Notes under the pieces: model-generated
The model's database searches: none
What the model saw: only the letters and a program-made list of their open reading frames with translations
Told to the model about the DNA's origin: nothing
Shown: piece after piece, positions 1 to 8,759 of the stretch
Layout of the letters: each line of letters begins with the position of its first letter
How positions within the stretch are numbered: the first letter of the stretch is position 1
Position numbers and translations under genes: made by a program
Assembly (NCBI GenBank): GCA_036789645.1
Contig: DAIQLC010000002.1
Location: 22,398 to 86,397, forward strand
Direction: 5' to 3'
Source of the DNA: Candidatus Hydrogenedentota bacterium
GTDB lineage: Bacteria > Hydrogenedentota > Hydrogenedentia > Hydrogenedentales > SLHB01
DNA length: 64,000 nucleotides

Positions 1-1172
1 GGTTCCTTTTCGAGGACGGGCGGCGCGACCTCCACCACCACCCGTCGCATGGTTTCGCTGGCGCTGTCCGACCGAAACGGCGTGGTGCCGGTGAGAAGTT
101 CATACAGGACGACGCCCAGGGAGTATACGTCAGACCGTTCGTCGATTTTTTCCGGAACCCCCTGGGCCTGTTCGGGCGGCATGTATTCGGGGGTGCCCAT
201 TGCCTGCCCTTCCTTCGTTTCCGGAAGGGGTGTTGGCTTGTCGACAAAGCGCCTGGGTGTATCGCGAATCTGCTGTTCGAGCGGATCCTCGGTCTGGGCT
301 TTGACCTTGGCGAGCCCCCAGTCAAGCACGACGGTCTCGCCGAATTCTCCGATCATCACATTGGAGGGTTTGATGTCGCGATGGAGGACGCCGCGGCTAT
401 GGGCGTATGCGATGGCTTCGCACAGGTCGACGAAATGGGGGAGGAGCGCGAGGCGTTCATCGAGATTGGCGCACGCGCGCAAGGTGCGGGCCAGGGAACG
501 GCCGCGTACCAGTTTCATCGTGTAGTACAGGTTCCCGCTTTCCCGGCGGCCGATTTCGTATACGGGCACGATCGACGGGTGTTCGAGGCCGGCGGTAATC
601 CGGCCTTCCTGCAGGAAACGCGCCGCTACCGCGGCGGTGTATCGCACGGGACTCTGTTCAGGGAGGATCATGCTCGTGTCCGAAGTGGGGAGCAGCTCCT
701 TGAGCGCGATGTCGCGCCCCATCTTGACGTCGTGAGCCAGAAGGATTCGTCCCATGCCTCCGCGTCCATGCTCCGACGTTACGGTGTAGCGCCCGGGGAT
801 CTCATGAATGGGGTCGATCAGCGAGGTCTCCGGGAATTGAAAGGAGGAGTCCCGCATCGGGGTGGTTGTCCGGCCGCTGGGGGCGGGGATGGTGCGCGCC
901 GGGTCGAGAGCCTTCCAGAGAGCCGCCTCGCCCCCGAGCGAGTTCAGCGCGGCGCCCGCGTCGCCCTGGTGCGCCTGCGCGGCGGCGTCGGCCATGCGCC
1001 GAATGAGATCGGCCTCTTCCGGCGACAGCACACCCGCCTTCGTCAGCCTGGCAAGCAGCGAGACGGAACGGTCTTCCGCGGCGCCCTCAAGTGCCTCCAG
1101 AACATGCGCCCGGGATAGATTCTTGAGCTGTGAGGCGAGGAGGGCACACAGGGTGTCCCACATCCCAGCCAT
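1..1172 (-). CDS. Ser/Thr protein kinase, 3'-partial (C-terminus runs off the left edge). N-terminal ~110-aa helical region followed by the kinase domain.
   Basis: Reverse-complement translation gives the N-lobe GRGGMGRILLAHDVKMGRDIALKELLP (Gly-loop and VAIK-like Lys) near 700-780. The catalytic loop HRDIKPSNVMIGEF is at about 340-380. ATG at 1172 (MAGMWDTL). Not in the ORF track because no stop falls inside the window. Confidence 0.85.
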   Translation of the reverse strand, partial: MAGMWDTLCALLASQLKNLSRAHVLEALEGAAEDRSVSLLARLTKAGVLSPEEADLIRRMADAAAQAHQGDAGAALNSLGGEAALWKALDPARTIPAPSGRTTTPMRDSSFQFPETSLIDPIHEIPGRYTVTSEHGRGGMGRILLAHDVKMGRDIALKELLPTSDTSMILPEQSPVRYTAAVAARFLQEGRITAGLEHPSIVPVYEIGRRESGNLYYTMKLVRGRSLARTLRACANLDERLALLPHFVDLCEAIAYAHSRGVLHRDIKPSNVMIGEFGETVVLDWGLAKVKAQTEDPLEQQIRDTPRRFVDKPTPLPETKEGQAMGTPEYMPPEQAQGVPEKIDERSDVYSLGVVLYELLTGTTPFRSDSASETMRRVVVEVAPPVLEKE

Positions 1173-1659
1173 GACCCCTCTCCACATGTGGACCTTATGC
1201 GCCACTGCTAATCTATCCTGCTATCTGCACAAACGCAAGGGAAAAGTGCAGCAGGAACAGCCTTGAGCTTCAGCAGCGATGCCGGCGTCCGTGCTGTTCA
1301 CCACGTGGGCCGGGTCCATATGGGCACGTTATCGCCGCGGACGAACGGCCACATTGTTAAGTGTCTGCGTTTCTTTGGGTTGTGAACTCTGGCGCAGCGG
1401 GCATCCCGGGCTCGGCGGCCCCCCGCGACATGTGTTGCGGTACCGATCACTCTCTTCGTTGTACGCGTTTGCGGGGGATGGCCGGGGACACGGCTCAAAT
1501 CGGAGGGGCTTTGCGACCCCGTATCGTCCCATTGCCGAAAAGCCGGAGCGGTCCTATACTCAAGCTGATCACCCCGGGCGGATACGGCATACACAGCGGG
1601 CGGGTTTCCCATCCGTTCCGGAAGTGGTGGGGGCAACTGTGTCATGAAAGGGTGGTGCG

Positions 1660-2511
1660 ATGAGCAAGCAGAAACGGCTGTATCTGGTCCTGTTGGTCTT
1701 GGTGAGCGTCGTGGGCGTCGAAGCATTCTCGCAGGGCAGGGCGGCGGACCATGACGTGATCAAGCCGTACCCCGGCTCCACGCTGATAGCCGACTACTAT
1801 GTGCACAAGAACCACGAAACAACGGAAATGCCCGTCACGGAGAAGGACACGACCACAAACAAGTCCATTGCGGGAGAGTATTGGGAACTGACGTACGAAA
1901 TCCGGGACGCGAACGGGGATGCGGATCCATCGATCAGCGGCAGCGAGATTGCGGCGAACTACTGTAACGCCGCCCGGGAAAAAGGCGGGACGGTGCTCTA
2001 CAACCAGGATGACGTGGTGACGTTCACGGTTCCCGCGGACGACGGGGGCGTGTACTGGGGGTACCTGGAGGCCTTCACCGGGAAGTATTCGCTCTGGATC
2101 GTGAGAGAGAAGCCGCTGGAAACCAAGCTTCAATTTGGCGCTGAGCAAATGAAGCAGGAACTGGACAAGGCGGGGCGCGTCGCCGTGTATGGCATCAATT
2201 TCGACGTGAATAAGGCGTTTCTGAAAGCCGGTTCCGAGAAGGTCATCGCGGAAATGGTGAAACTGATGCTCCAGAATCCGGAGCTCCGGGTGGAGATTCA
2301 GGGCCATACAGACAGCACGGGGACGGCGGAGCGAAACCTCGAACTGTCGAAAGAGCGCGCCAGCACGGTGAAGAGTTTCATGCTGCTGTACGGCATCGCG
2401 CCCGAACGGCTCGAAACCAGCGGGCACGGGGACACGGCGCCCCTTGAATCGAACGACACCGAGGCCGGACGGGCAAAGAACCGGCGGGTGGAACTCGTGA
2501 AGCGGGGCTGA
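1660..2511 (+). CDS. OmpA-family protein with N-terminal DUF4892-like domain and signal peptide.
   Basis: N-terminal hydrophobic signal (LYLVLLVLVSVVGVEA). C-terminal OmpA-like peptidoglycan-binding motif GHTDSTGTAERNLELSKERA...GRAKNRRVEL. ATG at 1660 preceded by aaagggtgg. Confidence 0.8.
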   Translation: MSKQKRLYLVLLVLVSVVGVEAFSQGRAADHDVIKPYPGSTLIADYYVHKNHETTEMPVTEKDTTTNKSIAGEYWELTYEIRDANGDADPSISGSEIAANYCNAAREKGGTVLYNQDDVVTFTVPADDGGVYWGYLEAFTGKYSLWIVREKPLETKLQFGAEQMKQELDKAGRVAVYGINFDVNKAFLKAGSEKVIAEMVKLMLQNPELRVEIQGHTDSTGTAERNLELSKERASTVKSFMLLYGIAPERLETSGHGDTAPLESNDTEAGRAKNRRVELVKRG

Positions 2512-2704
2512 TTCGCCTCTCGTACGAACTCAGGCCAGTCCTGCGCCCGGGATCGCCGGACGCGCCGTCGTGTTGACTATGGCGGGGGATAAGAAGTAAA
2601 ACACGGGGGTACGTTTTTGTGACGGGTCACGGGGGAGGAACACCGGAAGTGGCCCATCGCACGTGTTCCAGCGTGGCGCCAATACCTGTGGAAGTGAGGT
2701 GGAT

Positions 2705-4009
2705 ATGCATCGAAAGCTTAATCGTCGCACGTTTCTCGGTTATTCAGTGGCTGCGGGGGCTGCGGCCGCCGTGCCCACCATCATCCCCGCATCCGTCTGG
2801 GGCGCGGAAGACGCGCCGCCGCCCAGCGAGACGGTGAGCGTTGCGTTCATCGGCGTGGGCGGCATGGGGCGGCACAACTTGAAGGATTTCCTGCTTCAGA
2901 AAGACTGCCGGGTCGTCGCGGTGTGCGACGTGTACCGTGACCGGCGCGAGGCCACCAAGGCGGTCATTGACGAAGCGTACGGCGACCAGGGGTGCGCGAT
3001 GTACGGCGATTTCCGGGAGGTTCTGGCCCGGGAGGACATCGACGCCGTGGCGATTGCGGTGCAGGACCACTGGCACGCCCTGATCGCGACCGCGGCCGCA
3101 AAGGCCGGCAAGGATATGTATTGCGAGAAACCGCTGGGGGTCTCGTTCGAAGAGAGCCAGACGATTCGTAACACGATCCGCGAGACGAAGCGGGTACTCC
3201 AGACCGGCACGTGGCAGCGCTCGCTCGAGCATTTTCAGCGGGGCTGCACGCTCGCGAGGAACGGGTACCTGGGGAAGATTCATACGCTCGAAGTGGCCGC
3301 GCCGGGGCCGAGCTATGTGCCGAAGTACGACGGCCCGCTTGACCCGCAGCCGGCGCCGGAGGGATTTGACTGGGCCATGTGGCGGGGTCCCGCGCCCGAC
3401 AAACCCTACAATCCGGGGCGTGTCGCGTGGCCCGACTGGTACCTGATCTGGGACTACTGCGTGGGGTTCATCTGCAACTGGGGCGTGCACAATCTCGACC
3501 AGGCCAACTGGGGCTGCCCCGAGGTGGGCACGCAGCCGTTTGAACTGGAATGCCGGGCCGATTACCGCAACAAGGGTTTCACGGACAACGTGAACGGCTG
3601 GGACGCCACGTTTACGTATCCCGGCGGCCTCAAGATGATCTTCAAAGACAGCGACAAGCTGTTGCAGGGTTGCCGCTTCATCGGCGAGGAAGGGTGGGTG
3701 CACGTGTGCCGCCAGGGGATTACGGCGGAGCCCGAATCGCTGCTGACGGTCGAGTTCAAAGAGAGCGATGTGCCCCTGACGGATTCCACGAATCATGCGG
3801 CCAATTTCCTGGCCTGCATGAAGACCCGCAACGACCCCGTGTCGAGCGTCGATTCCGCGCATATCGCGACGTCTCTGGGCATTCTGGCCGACATCGCGGC
3901 GCGCCTGGAACAGAAGGTGGCGTGGGACCCGGCCGCGGAACGGTTTGTGGACAACGATGCGGCGAACGCCATGTTGCACCGCGACATGCACAACGGATGG
4001 GAGTTGTAA
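2705..4009 (+). CDS. Gfo/Idh/MocA family oxidoreductase, TAT-exported (periplasmic NAD(P)-dependent sugar dehydrogenase).
   Basis: Twin-arginine motif NRRTFLGYSVAAGAAAA. Rossmann motif FIGVGGMGRHNL. Family motif MYCEKPLG and DAVAIAVQDHWHA. RBS gaggtgga before the ATG at 2705; the track ORF begins upstream at 2663. Confidence 0.85.
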   Translation: MHRKLNRRTFLGYSVAAGAAAAVPTIIPASVWGAEDAPPPSETVSVAFIGVGGMGRHNLKDFLLQKDCRVVAVCDVYRDRREATKAVIDEAYGDQGCAMYGDFREVLAREDIDAVAIAVQDHWHALIATAAAKAGKDMYCEKPLGVSFEESQTIRNTIRETKRVLQTGTWQRSLEHFQRGCTLARNGYLGKIHTLEVAAPGPSYVPKYDGPLDPQPAPEGFDWAMWRGPAPDKPYNPGRVAWPDWYLIWDYCVGFICNWGVHNLDQANWGCPEVGTQPFELECRADYRNKGFTDNVNGWDATFTYPGGLKMIFKDSDKLLQGCRFIGEEGWVHVCRQGITAEPESLLTVEFKESDVPLTDSTNHAANFLACMKTRNDPVSSVDSAHIATSLGILADIAARLEQKVAWDPAAERFVDNDAANAMLHRDMHNGWEL

Positions 4010-4011
4010 CC

Positions 4012-4896
4012 ATGCGCTTTGCACAGATTTCGGCCCTGGTCACGGGGCTGGCGCTGGTCCTGGGGAGCCCGGGCGCGTCCGGCGCGGAGGCGCCGTTCGG
4101 CTGGCAGGTGGGCCCGACCGCGTGGACCTTTAACCGCTTTACGCTCTTTGAAGCCATCGACAAGACCGCGTCGGTTGAGCTTGGGTACATTGAGGCGTTC
4201 GAAGGACAACGGGTTCGTCCCGATGCGGACCTGAAACTCCATGCCGCGTTGTCCGATGAGGCGATTCAGGCGCTCCGCGCCAAGCTGGACGCGTGCCGGG
4301 TCAAGATGCCGGGGATTTACATTCATACGATTCCCGGAGAGGAAGCGGCCTGCCGCCAGACGTTCGAGTTCGCCCGCAAACTGGGCGTGCAATATATCGT
4401 TTCGGAGCCCGCGCCCGAATCCCTGGATGTGATCGAACGCTGCTGCGATGAATTCGGCATCAACGTGGCCATCCACAACCATCCGGAAGGCAAGTCGCGG
4501 TACTGGAGTCCGGAGGAGGCCCTGAAGGTATGCGAGGGCCGCGGCCCCCGTATTGGCGTGTGCGCGGACACCGGTCACTGGCTGCGTTCGGGACTGGACC
4601 CGAGCGAGTCCGTCCGGAAACTCGGCAAACGCCTGCTGACCCTGCATTTGAAGGATTTGGACCGGGCCGCGCCCGACGGAACCGACCGGCCATGGGGGCA
4701 AGGCTGCGGCGAACTCGACCAGGTGCTGCGGACCATCCGCGAACTTGGGCTCACGCCGGCCCTGTTTGGCATCGAATACGAATCGAATTGGGAGAATAAT
4801 CTGCCGCACGTCGTGGAATGCGCGGCGTGGTTCAAGAAGACGGTAGGCGCCCTCGCCGCCGGGGAAGCGCAACAGGCGGATTCGGGGCAGCAATAA
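4012..4896 (+). CDS. Exported sugar phosphate isomerase/epimerase (xylose-isomerase-like TIM barrel); candidate 3-keto-glycoside eliminase/lyase.
   Basis: ATG at 4012 lies 2 nt after the stop of the upstream dehydrogenase. Signal peptide MRFAQISALVTGLALVLGSPGASGA. AP-endonuclease 2/xylose-isomerase-like barrel signatures (INVAIHNHPE, ADTGHW, LHLKD). The longer track ORF 3550..4896 is an out-of-frame artefact overlapping the previous gene. Confidence 0.8.
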   Translation: MRFAQISALVTGLALVLGSPGASGAEAPFGWQVGPTAWTFNRFTLFEAIDKTASVELGYIEAFEGQRVRPDADLKLHAALSDEAIQALRAKLDACRVKMPGIYIHTIPGEEAACRQTFEFARKLGVQYIVSEPAPESLDVIERCCDEFGINVAIHNHPEGKSRYWSPEEALKVCEGRGPRIGVCADTGHWLRSGLDPSESVRKLGKRLLTLHLKDLDRAAPDGTDRPWGQGCGELDQVLRTIRELGLTPALFGIEYESNWENNLPHVVECAAWFKKTVGALAAGEAQQADSGQQ

Positions 4897-4927
4897 CACG
4901 CCGGTCGCGGCGCGGCACGCGTCCGGA

Positions 4928-7243
4928 TCAGTTCGCGGTGAAGGTGTATAGGCACGCGCCGGCGGGGGGCAGGCTTGCCTCAAGCGGCGCGGCGCCGTCG
5001 AACGGCCCCATTGCCCAAACCCCCTCCTCGTCGATGCGCGCGAGCATGCACGGGGCGGGGAGGGGATAGGTCTCGCGGGGCAGCGCGAGCGAAAGCGTCT
5101 GAGGCTCGTCGGTCACGTTCGCGAGGACGATGGCCACGCTGCCGTCGGCGGCCTGCCATGCACTCGCCATGACGCGCGGACACGCTTTCCGGTACTGTTT
5201 CAGAGCGTCCTGTTGCCCCGCGTAGATGGACAGGCGGGAGATGTCGATTTCCTCCTCGGGGAGTCCCAGGTCTGGCGGGCGCAGCATCGTTCCGTGGAGG
5301 AGATAACCGAGCCCCTGCTGGCGGACCTTCGCCAGACGGGTCAGGTACGCGAGCTCGGCGGGGCGCTCTTCGAAATGAGCGGGGAGGAAATTGGCGATCG
5401 TGGGCTGCTGTCCCCAGACGAACGCGCGGGCATGTTCCAGGCGGAACTGCTGCGAGAATTTCGTGTCGAGCAATTCAAGGGGGTTCTCCGGCGCGAACTC
5501 GGCGGGCCACAGTTCGTCGTAGGGGGGCATGGTGAGCGAAGAATAATTCCCGAAGAAGATGGCGTAGCCGTGATAGACCGCATGGAAGAAGGGGATGGGG
5601 TCCCAGACGCCCGGCTGGGCGTAGCGTTCCATGCTGACCTGGAGGCTGAGCATCAGGTCGAGATACGGCAGCCAGGCCTCCCCGCAGCCTTCGCCCGCGA
5701 GGACGACGTTCGCCTGCCCGGCGGCATCCGGTTGCGCGTCGCAGCGGTTGCGGATGTCCTCCTGCAGGTTGCGGAACCCGTCGATCCAGTACGTACCGCC
5801 CCCGATGGGATGACCGTGGGCCGGGTCGTAGCAGGGCAGGCTGGCGCAGGCCTGATCCATATAGATGGCGCCGACGCCGAGGCCGGTCACGGCCTGTTCC
5901 GCAAGTCCGGCGTAGGTATTGCGCCAGAATGACGTGCCCATGCACATGGCGGCGCAGGGCGCGGGTTTGAACGTGTTGTAGGTTTCGGGATGCACCTTGC
6001 CGTCGGGTCCTTTGACCGCGAATCGCTCGGCGCCTTCCGCGGCCCAGCTTTCCGTGGTCATGCCCCAGAGCCGCTGGTTCATGTAGACCATCGCGTGGAT
6101 CCCGGCTTCCCGGGCAGCATGAACGGCGTCACGAAACGGTTCGGCGCCTTCGCGGGGCGGGAGGTACTCCGGGAATCCGATGTCGTAGGGGCAGCCGTGC
6201 CACCAGTGCCAGAAGACGCTCACGGGCAGTCCGGTCCGCTCCTGAAGCGCGCGGGCCGGGGTGAGCACCTGGCCGGAGCGGCCGCGGTTCCATACCCAGA
6301 GCGCGGTCTCGACGGCCCAGTCTTCCACACGGCCGGTTTTGAGGCGGGCTTCCCGGGCCCAGGGTTGCTGGAGGGCCCAGACGCGGTATCGCTCGGCCGC
6401 CGTGAACCAGTCACCCTCGAAGGTGCCGAGCGCAACCCGGTATGCCGGTTCGTAGCGGTTCTGCCCGGCCGAGCCCCCCTGGGGCAGGTGCACAACCTCG
6501 AGCCCCGCACGGTTTTCGGCGCCTCCAAACACACAGAAGCGCTTCGCGAACGCCGCCGGGTCGTCCGAACTGATGAAGAGGCCCGGGCCGTCTTCTCGAT
6601 ACAGGGCAATGCATTGCAGTGAGAGCACTCCGGGATATTCCCACTCCATGCGGCCGGGCTTTTCAGGGCGGGAAAGAAACCGGCGCGGCTCTTCAGCGAG
6701 CTGTCCCATCCAGATCGGTGCGGCGAGCCGTTCGTTTTCCTGGGGAGCGATCCCCGGAATCCGAGGGAACCGAAGCGAGGCAAGCGGCAGATTGGCCGTG
6801 TTCTCGACCGCAATGCGCCAATGGGCGGTGGAGACATCCGGGTCGAGCGAGACCGTCGCGACCACCTGCAAATCCGGGGCTTCCGCCACGCCGAAATCGC
6901 GCCACGCGAGTTTCAGGGCGCCGTGGTGGTCGTCCAGAAACGCGTACGTGAAGGACTGGGCGCTGCCGGGCGCGATCTGGGTGACGGGGCAGGGCGGCAG
7001 CATGTGGAGAGTCCAGAGGTCGCCCATGGCCGCGGCCTCGACGAAGGCGTGCCCGTTCATTCTGTCGGTGAATTCCGCCAGGCGTCCGGAATCCGGGTCA
7101 AAGGCGACACGGAGCCCGGCGTTTTCCAGTACGGGCAAGGCTTCGGGGAGTGCGGCCCGGGATGGCGCAGCCGCAGCCAGAATCGCGAGGATGAAGAACG
7201 CGGCGCATAGGGTTTTGAACGGTTCAGGCTGGCGATAGGTCAT
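4928..7243 (-). CDS. Uncharacterised secreted glycoside-hydrolase-like protein (~770 aa).
   Basis: ATG at 7243 (MTYRQPEP...) with RBS aaggaga upstream. Signal peptide FFILAILAAAAPSRA. Trp-rich catalytic-looking core (VFWHWWHGCPYD, AIYMDQACA). No family recognisable by eye. Confidence 0.6.
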   Translation of the reverse strand: MTYRQPEPFKTLCAAFFILAILAAAAPSRAALPEALPVLENAGLRVAFDPDSGRLAEFTDRMNGHAFVEAAAMGDLWTLHMLPPCPVTQIAPGSAQSFTYAFLDDHHGALKLAWRDFGVAEAPDLQVVATVSLDPDVSTAHWRIAVENTANLPLASLRFPRIPGIAPQENERLAAPIWMGQLAEEPRRFLSRPEKPGRMEWEYPGVLSLQCIALYREDGPGLFISSDDPAAFAKRFCVFGGAENRAGLEVVHLPQGGSAGQNRYEPAYRVALGTFEGDWFTAAERYRVWALQQPWAREARLKTGRVEDWAVETALWVWNRGRSGQVLTPARALQERTGLPVSVFWHWWHGCPYDIGFPEYLPPREGAEPFRDAVHAAREAGIHAMVYMNQRLWGMTTESWAAEGAERFAVKGPDGKVHPETYNTFKPAPCAAMCMGTSFWRNTYAGLAEQAVTGLGVGAIYMDQACASLPCYDPAHGHPIGGGTYWIDGFRNLQEDIRNRCDAQPDAAGQANVVLAGEGCGEAWLPYLDLMLSLQVSMERYAQPGVWDPIPFFHAVYHGYAIFFGNYSSLTMPPYDELWPAEFAPENPLELLDTKFSQQFRLEHARAFVWGQQPTIANFLPAHFEERPAELAYLTRLAKVRQQGLGYLLHGTMLRPPDLGLPEEEIDISRLSIYAGQQDALKQYRKACPRVMASAWQAADGSVAIVLANVTDEPQTLSLALPRETYPLPAPCMLARIDEEGVWAMGPFDGAAPLEASLPPAGACLYTFTAN

Positions 7244-7437
7244 TCGGGATAGTCTCCTTGACGTTTCGGAAGAGGCAAAGTCGGAGTCTAGCAGATGTCG
7301 GAGGGGTAAGAAAGAGAGCGGCGTCAAGACTGCATCGCTGAGCCAGCGGCGGATTGTGGATCCACTTGCGGGGTCGGGATGGTATCATAAGGAATAGAGA
7401 AAAGGCCCATGGTCATTGGAGGCACAGGAGAATCGGT

Positions 7438-8655
7438 ATGACGAGGCCCCGCGCACGTCTCTTTCTCGCAGCACTGGCAGTCCTCCTGCTGATTCTGCCG
7501 TACTGTGCCACCGCGCCGAAACCGGAGACGGAACGGCCGCCAGAGAAGAAGGCCTTTTCCGGCGCTTCGTCGCGCATCGCGGGGATCCTGCGCGAGATGA
7601 GCGAGGTGCGCAAAGCCCAGCCTCCGGAGGGTGAAGCGAACGCGGATGCGGCGGCCTCCGGCCAGAGTGCCCTCGAACAGCGGTTGAACAAGCGCGCTCA
7701 GATTCTCGCCAAGGCGGTGAGCCGCGAGATGGGGGTGGACTTCGAGACCCGCGTGTACCAGATGTTCGGGGCCCCCGAGCCGATCAAAGACGAGACCGTT
7801 CTGCTGGAGGCCGTCGACGACAAGGGCAATGTTTCGGAAGTGCCGGTGGTGGTGCAAACGCGGCAATTGCGGTCGTTGACGGACCAAGCCGTCGCGGTGA
7901 AAGCGATGCGGCTGGCAGGCGAAGAGCAACTCGCCACGGAATTCTACAAGGAAGTGCCGGAACCCGTGCAGGCGGAGACGGCGAGTGCATTCCGCCGGGT
8001 GTATGAAGAGGTGGACGCACAGGCCATCGCGATGGAAGCGCGGCTGATTGTGATGCTGAAGGGCGGGGAGTGGGCGGCGCCCGAGAGCAAGAAGCCCGTG
8101 GCGAATGCGATCGCGGTGCGCGGACTCGATTTTGAGAAGGGGTTGAAGGAGAACTGGAACAAGACGTACGACGACACCATGTACCTTGTGCTGGAGACGG
8201 CTACGGGCCCGGCGGAAGTGTATGAATACCGCATGACGACGGAGTCGAGCAGCGAGAGCAAGGGCGTGGGCCGCCTGGAATCGAAACAGGTGACGTATGT
8301 GCGCGGCAAGCACCGCGGCACGGATCCCGGCTATCGTCTGCAGGGCAACGCGGCGCCCGGCACGCGGGTCGGGATCAAGGGCGCACAACAAATCACCGGG
8401 GCCAACATCCATTCCGCCTATTCGAAGCGGCCCATAAACAGTGAAACCCCGCTCCAGCCGAACGTGTCGCTGGGGTGCCAGGTGGTGGCGGCGAGCAAAC
8501 AGGATTTCGAGAAGTCGCTGGTCCAGACGCTCGACCAGCGGGGCGTCAAACAGTTCCTCTACACCATCGTGGACGATGCGGAACTCGCCGAGCTCAACAA
8601 GATCCTGGAGAGCCAGGGCGTGAAATCCGTGCTGGCGAGCGCCGTGTCGCGCTGA
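7438..8655 (+). CDS. Hypothetical exported protein with a C-terminal YkuD (L,D-transpeptidase)-like His...Cys motif.
   Basis: ATG at 7438 after ggagaa. Signal peptide LFLAALAVLLLILPYCATA. C-terminal segment ANIHSAYSKRP...SLGCQVV resembles the L,D-transpeptidase catalytic H/C arrangement (weak). Confidence 0.5.
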   Translation: MTRPRARLFLAALAVLLLILPYCATAPKPETERPPEKKAFSGASSRIAGILREMSEVRKAQPPEGEANADAAASGQSALEQRLNKRAQILAKAVSREMGVDFETRVYQMFGAPEPIKDETVLLEAVDDKGNVSEVPVVVQTRQLRSLTDQAVAVKAMRLAGEEQLATEFYKEVPEPVQAETASAFRRVYEEVDAQAIAMEARLIVMLKGGEWAAPESKKPVANAIAVRGLDFEKGLKENWNKTYDDTMYLVLETATGPAEVYEYRMTTESSSESKGVGRLESKQVTYVRGKHRGTDPGYRLQGNAAPGTRVGIKGAQQITGANIHSAYSKRPINSETPLQPNVSLGCQVVAASKQDFEKSLVQTLDQRGVKQFLYTIVDDAELAELNKILESQGVKSVLASAVSR

Positions 8656-8759
8656 TGCGGCGCGCCGGGCTCGCGTGGGCTTCGAAAACACCGTTCGTGT
8701 GGGACTGGCGCTCTTGAGGTCGGTCTCGAGGAGTCTTTCATGCACGCGAGTCTCGCCCG

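Noticed and set aside
2619-2630. Short inverted repeat gtgac-gg-gtcac upstream of the TAT dehydrogenase, with flanking cacggggg direct repeats
   Set aside because: Only 5-bp arms, which is expected by chance in 64 kb. Kept as a weak note, not a feature.
3550-4011. N-terminal extension of track ORF 3550..4896
   Set aside because: It overlaps the dehydrogenase gene in another frame. The real start is the ATG at 4012 with a signal peptide directly after it.
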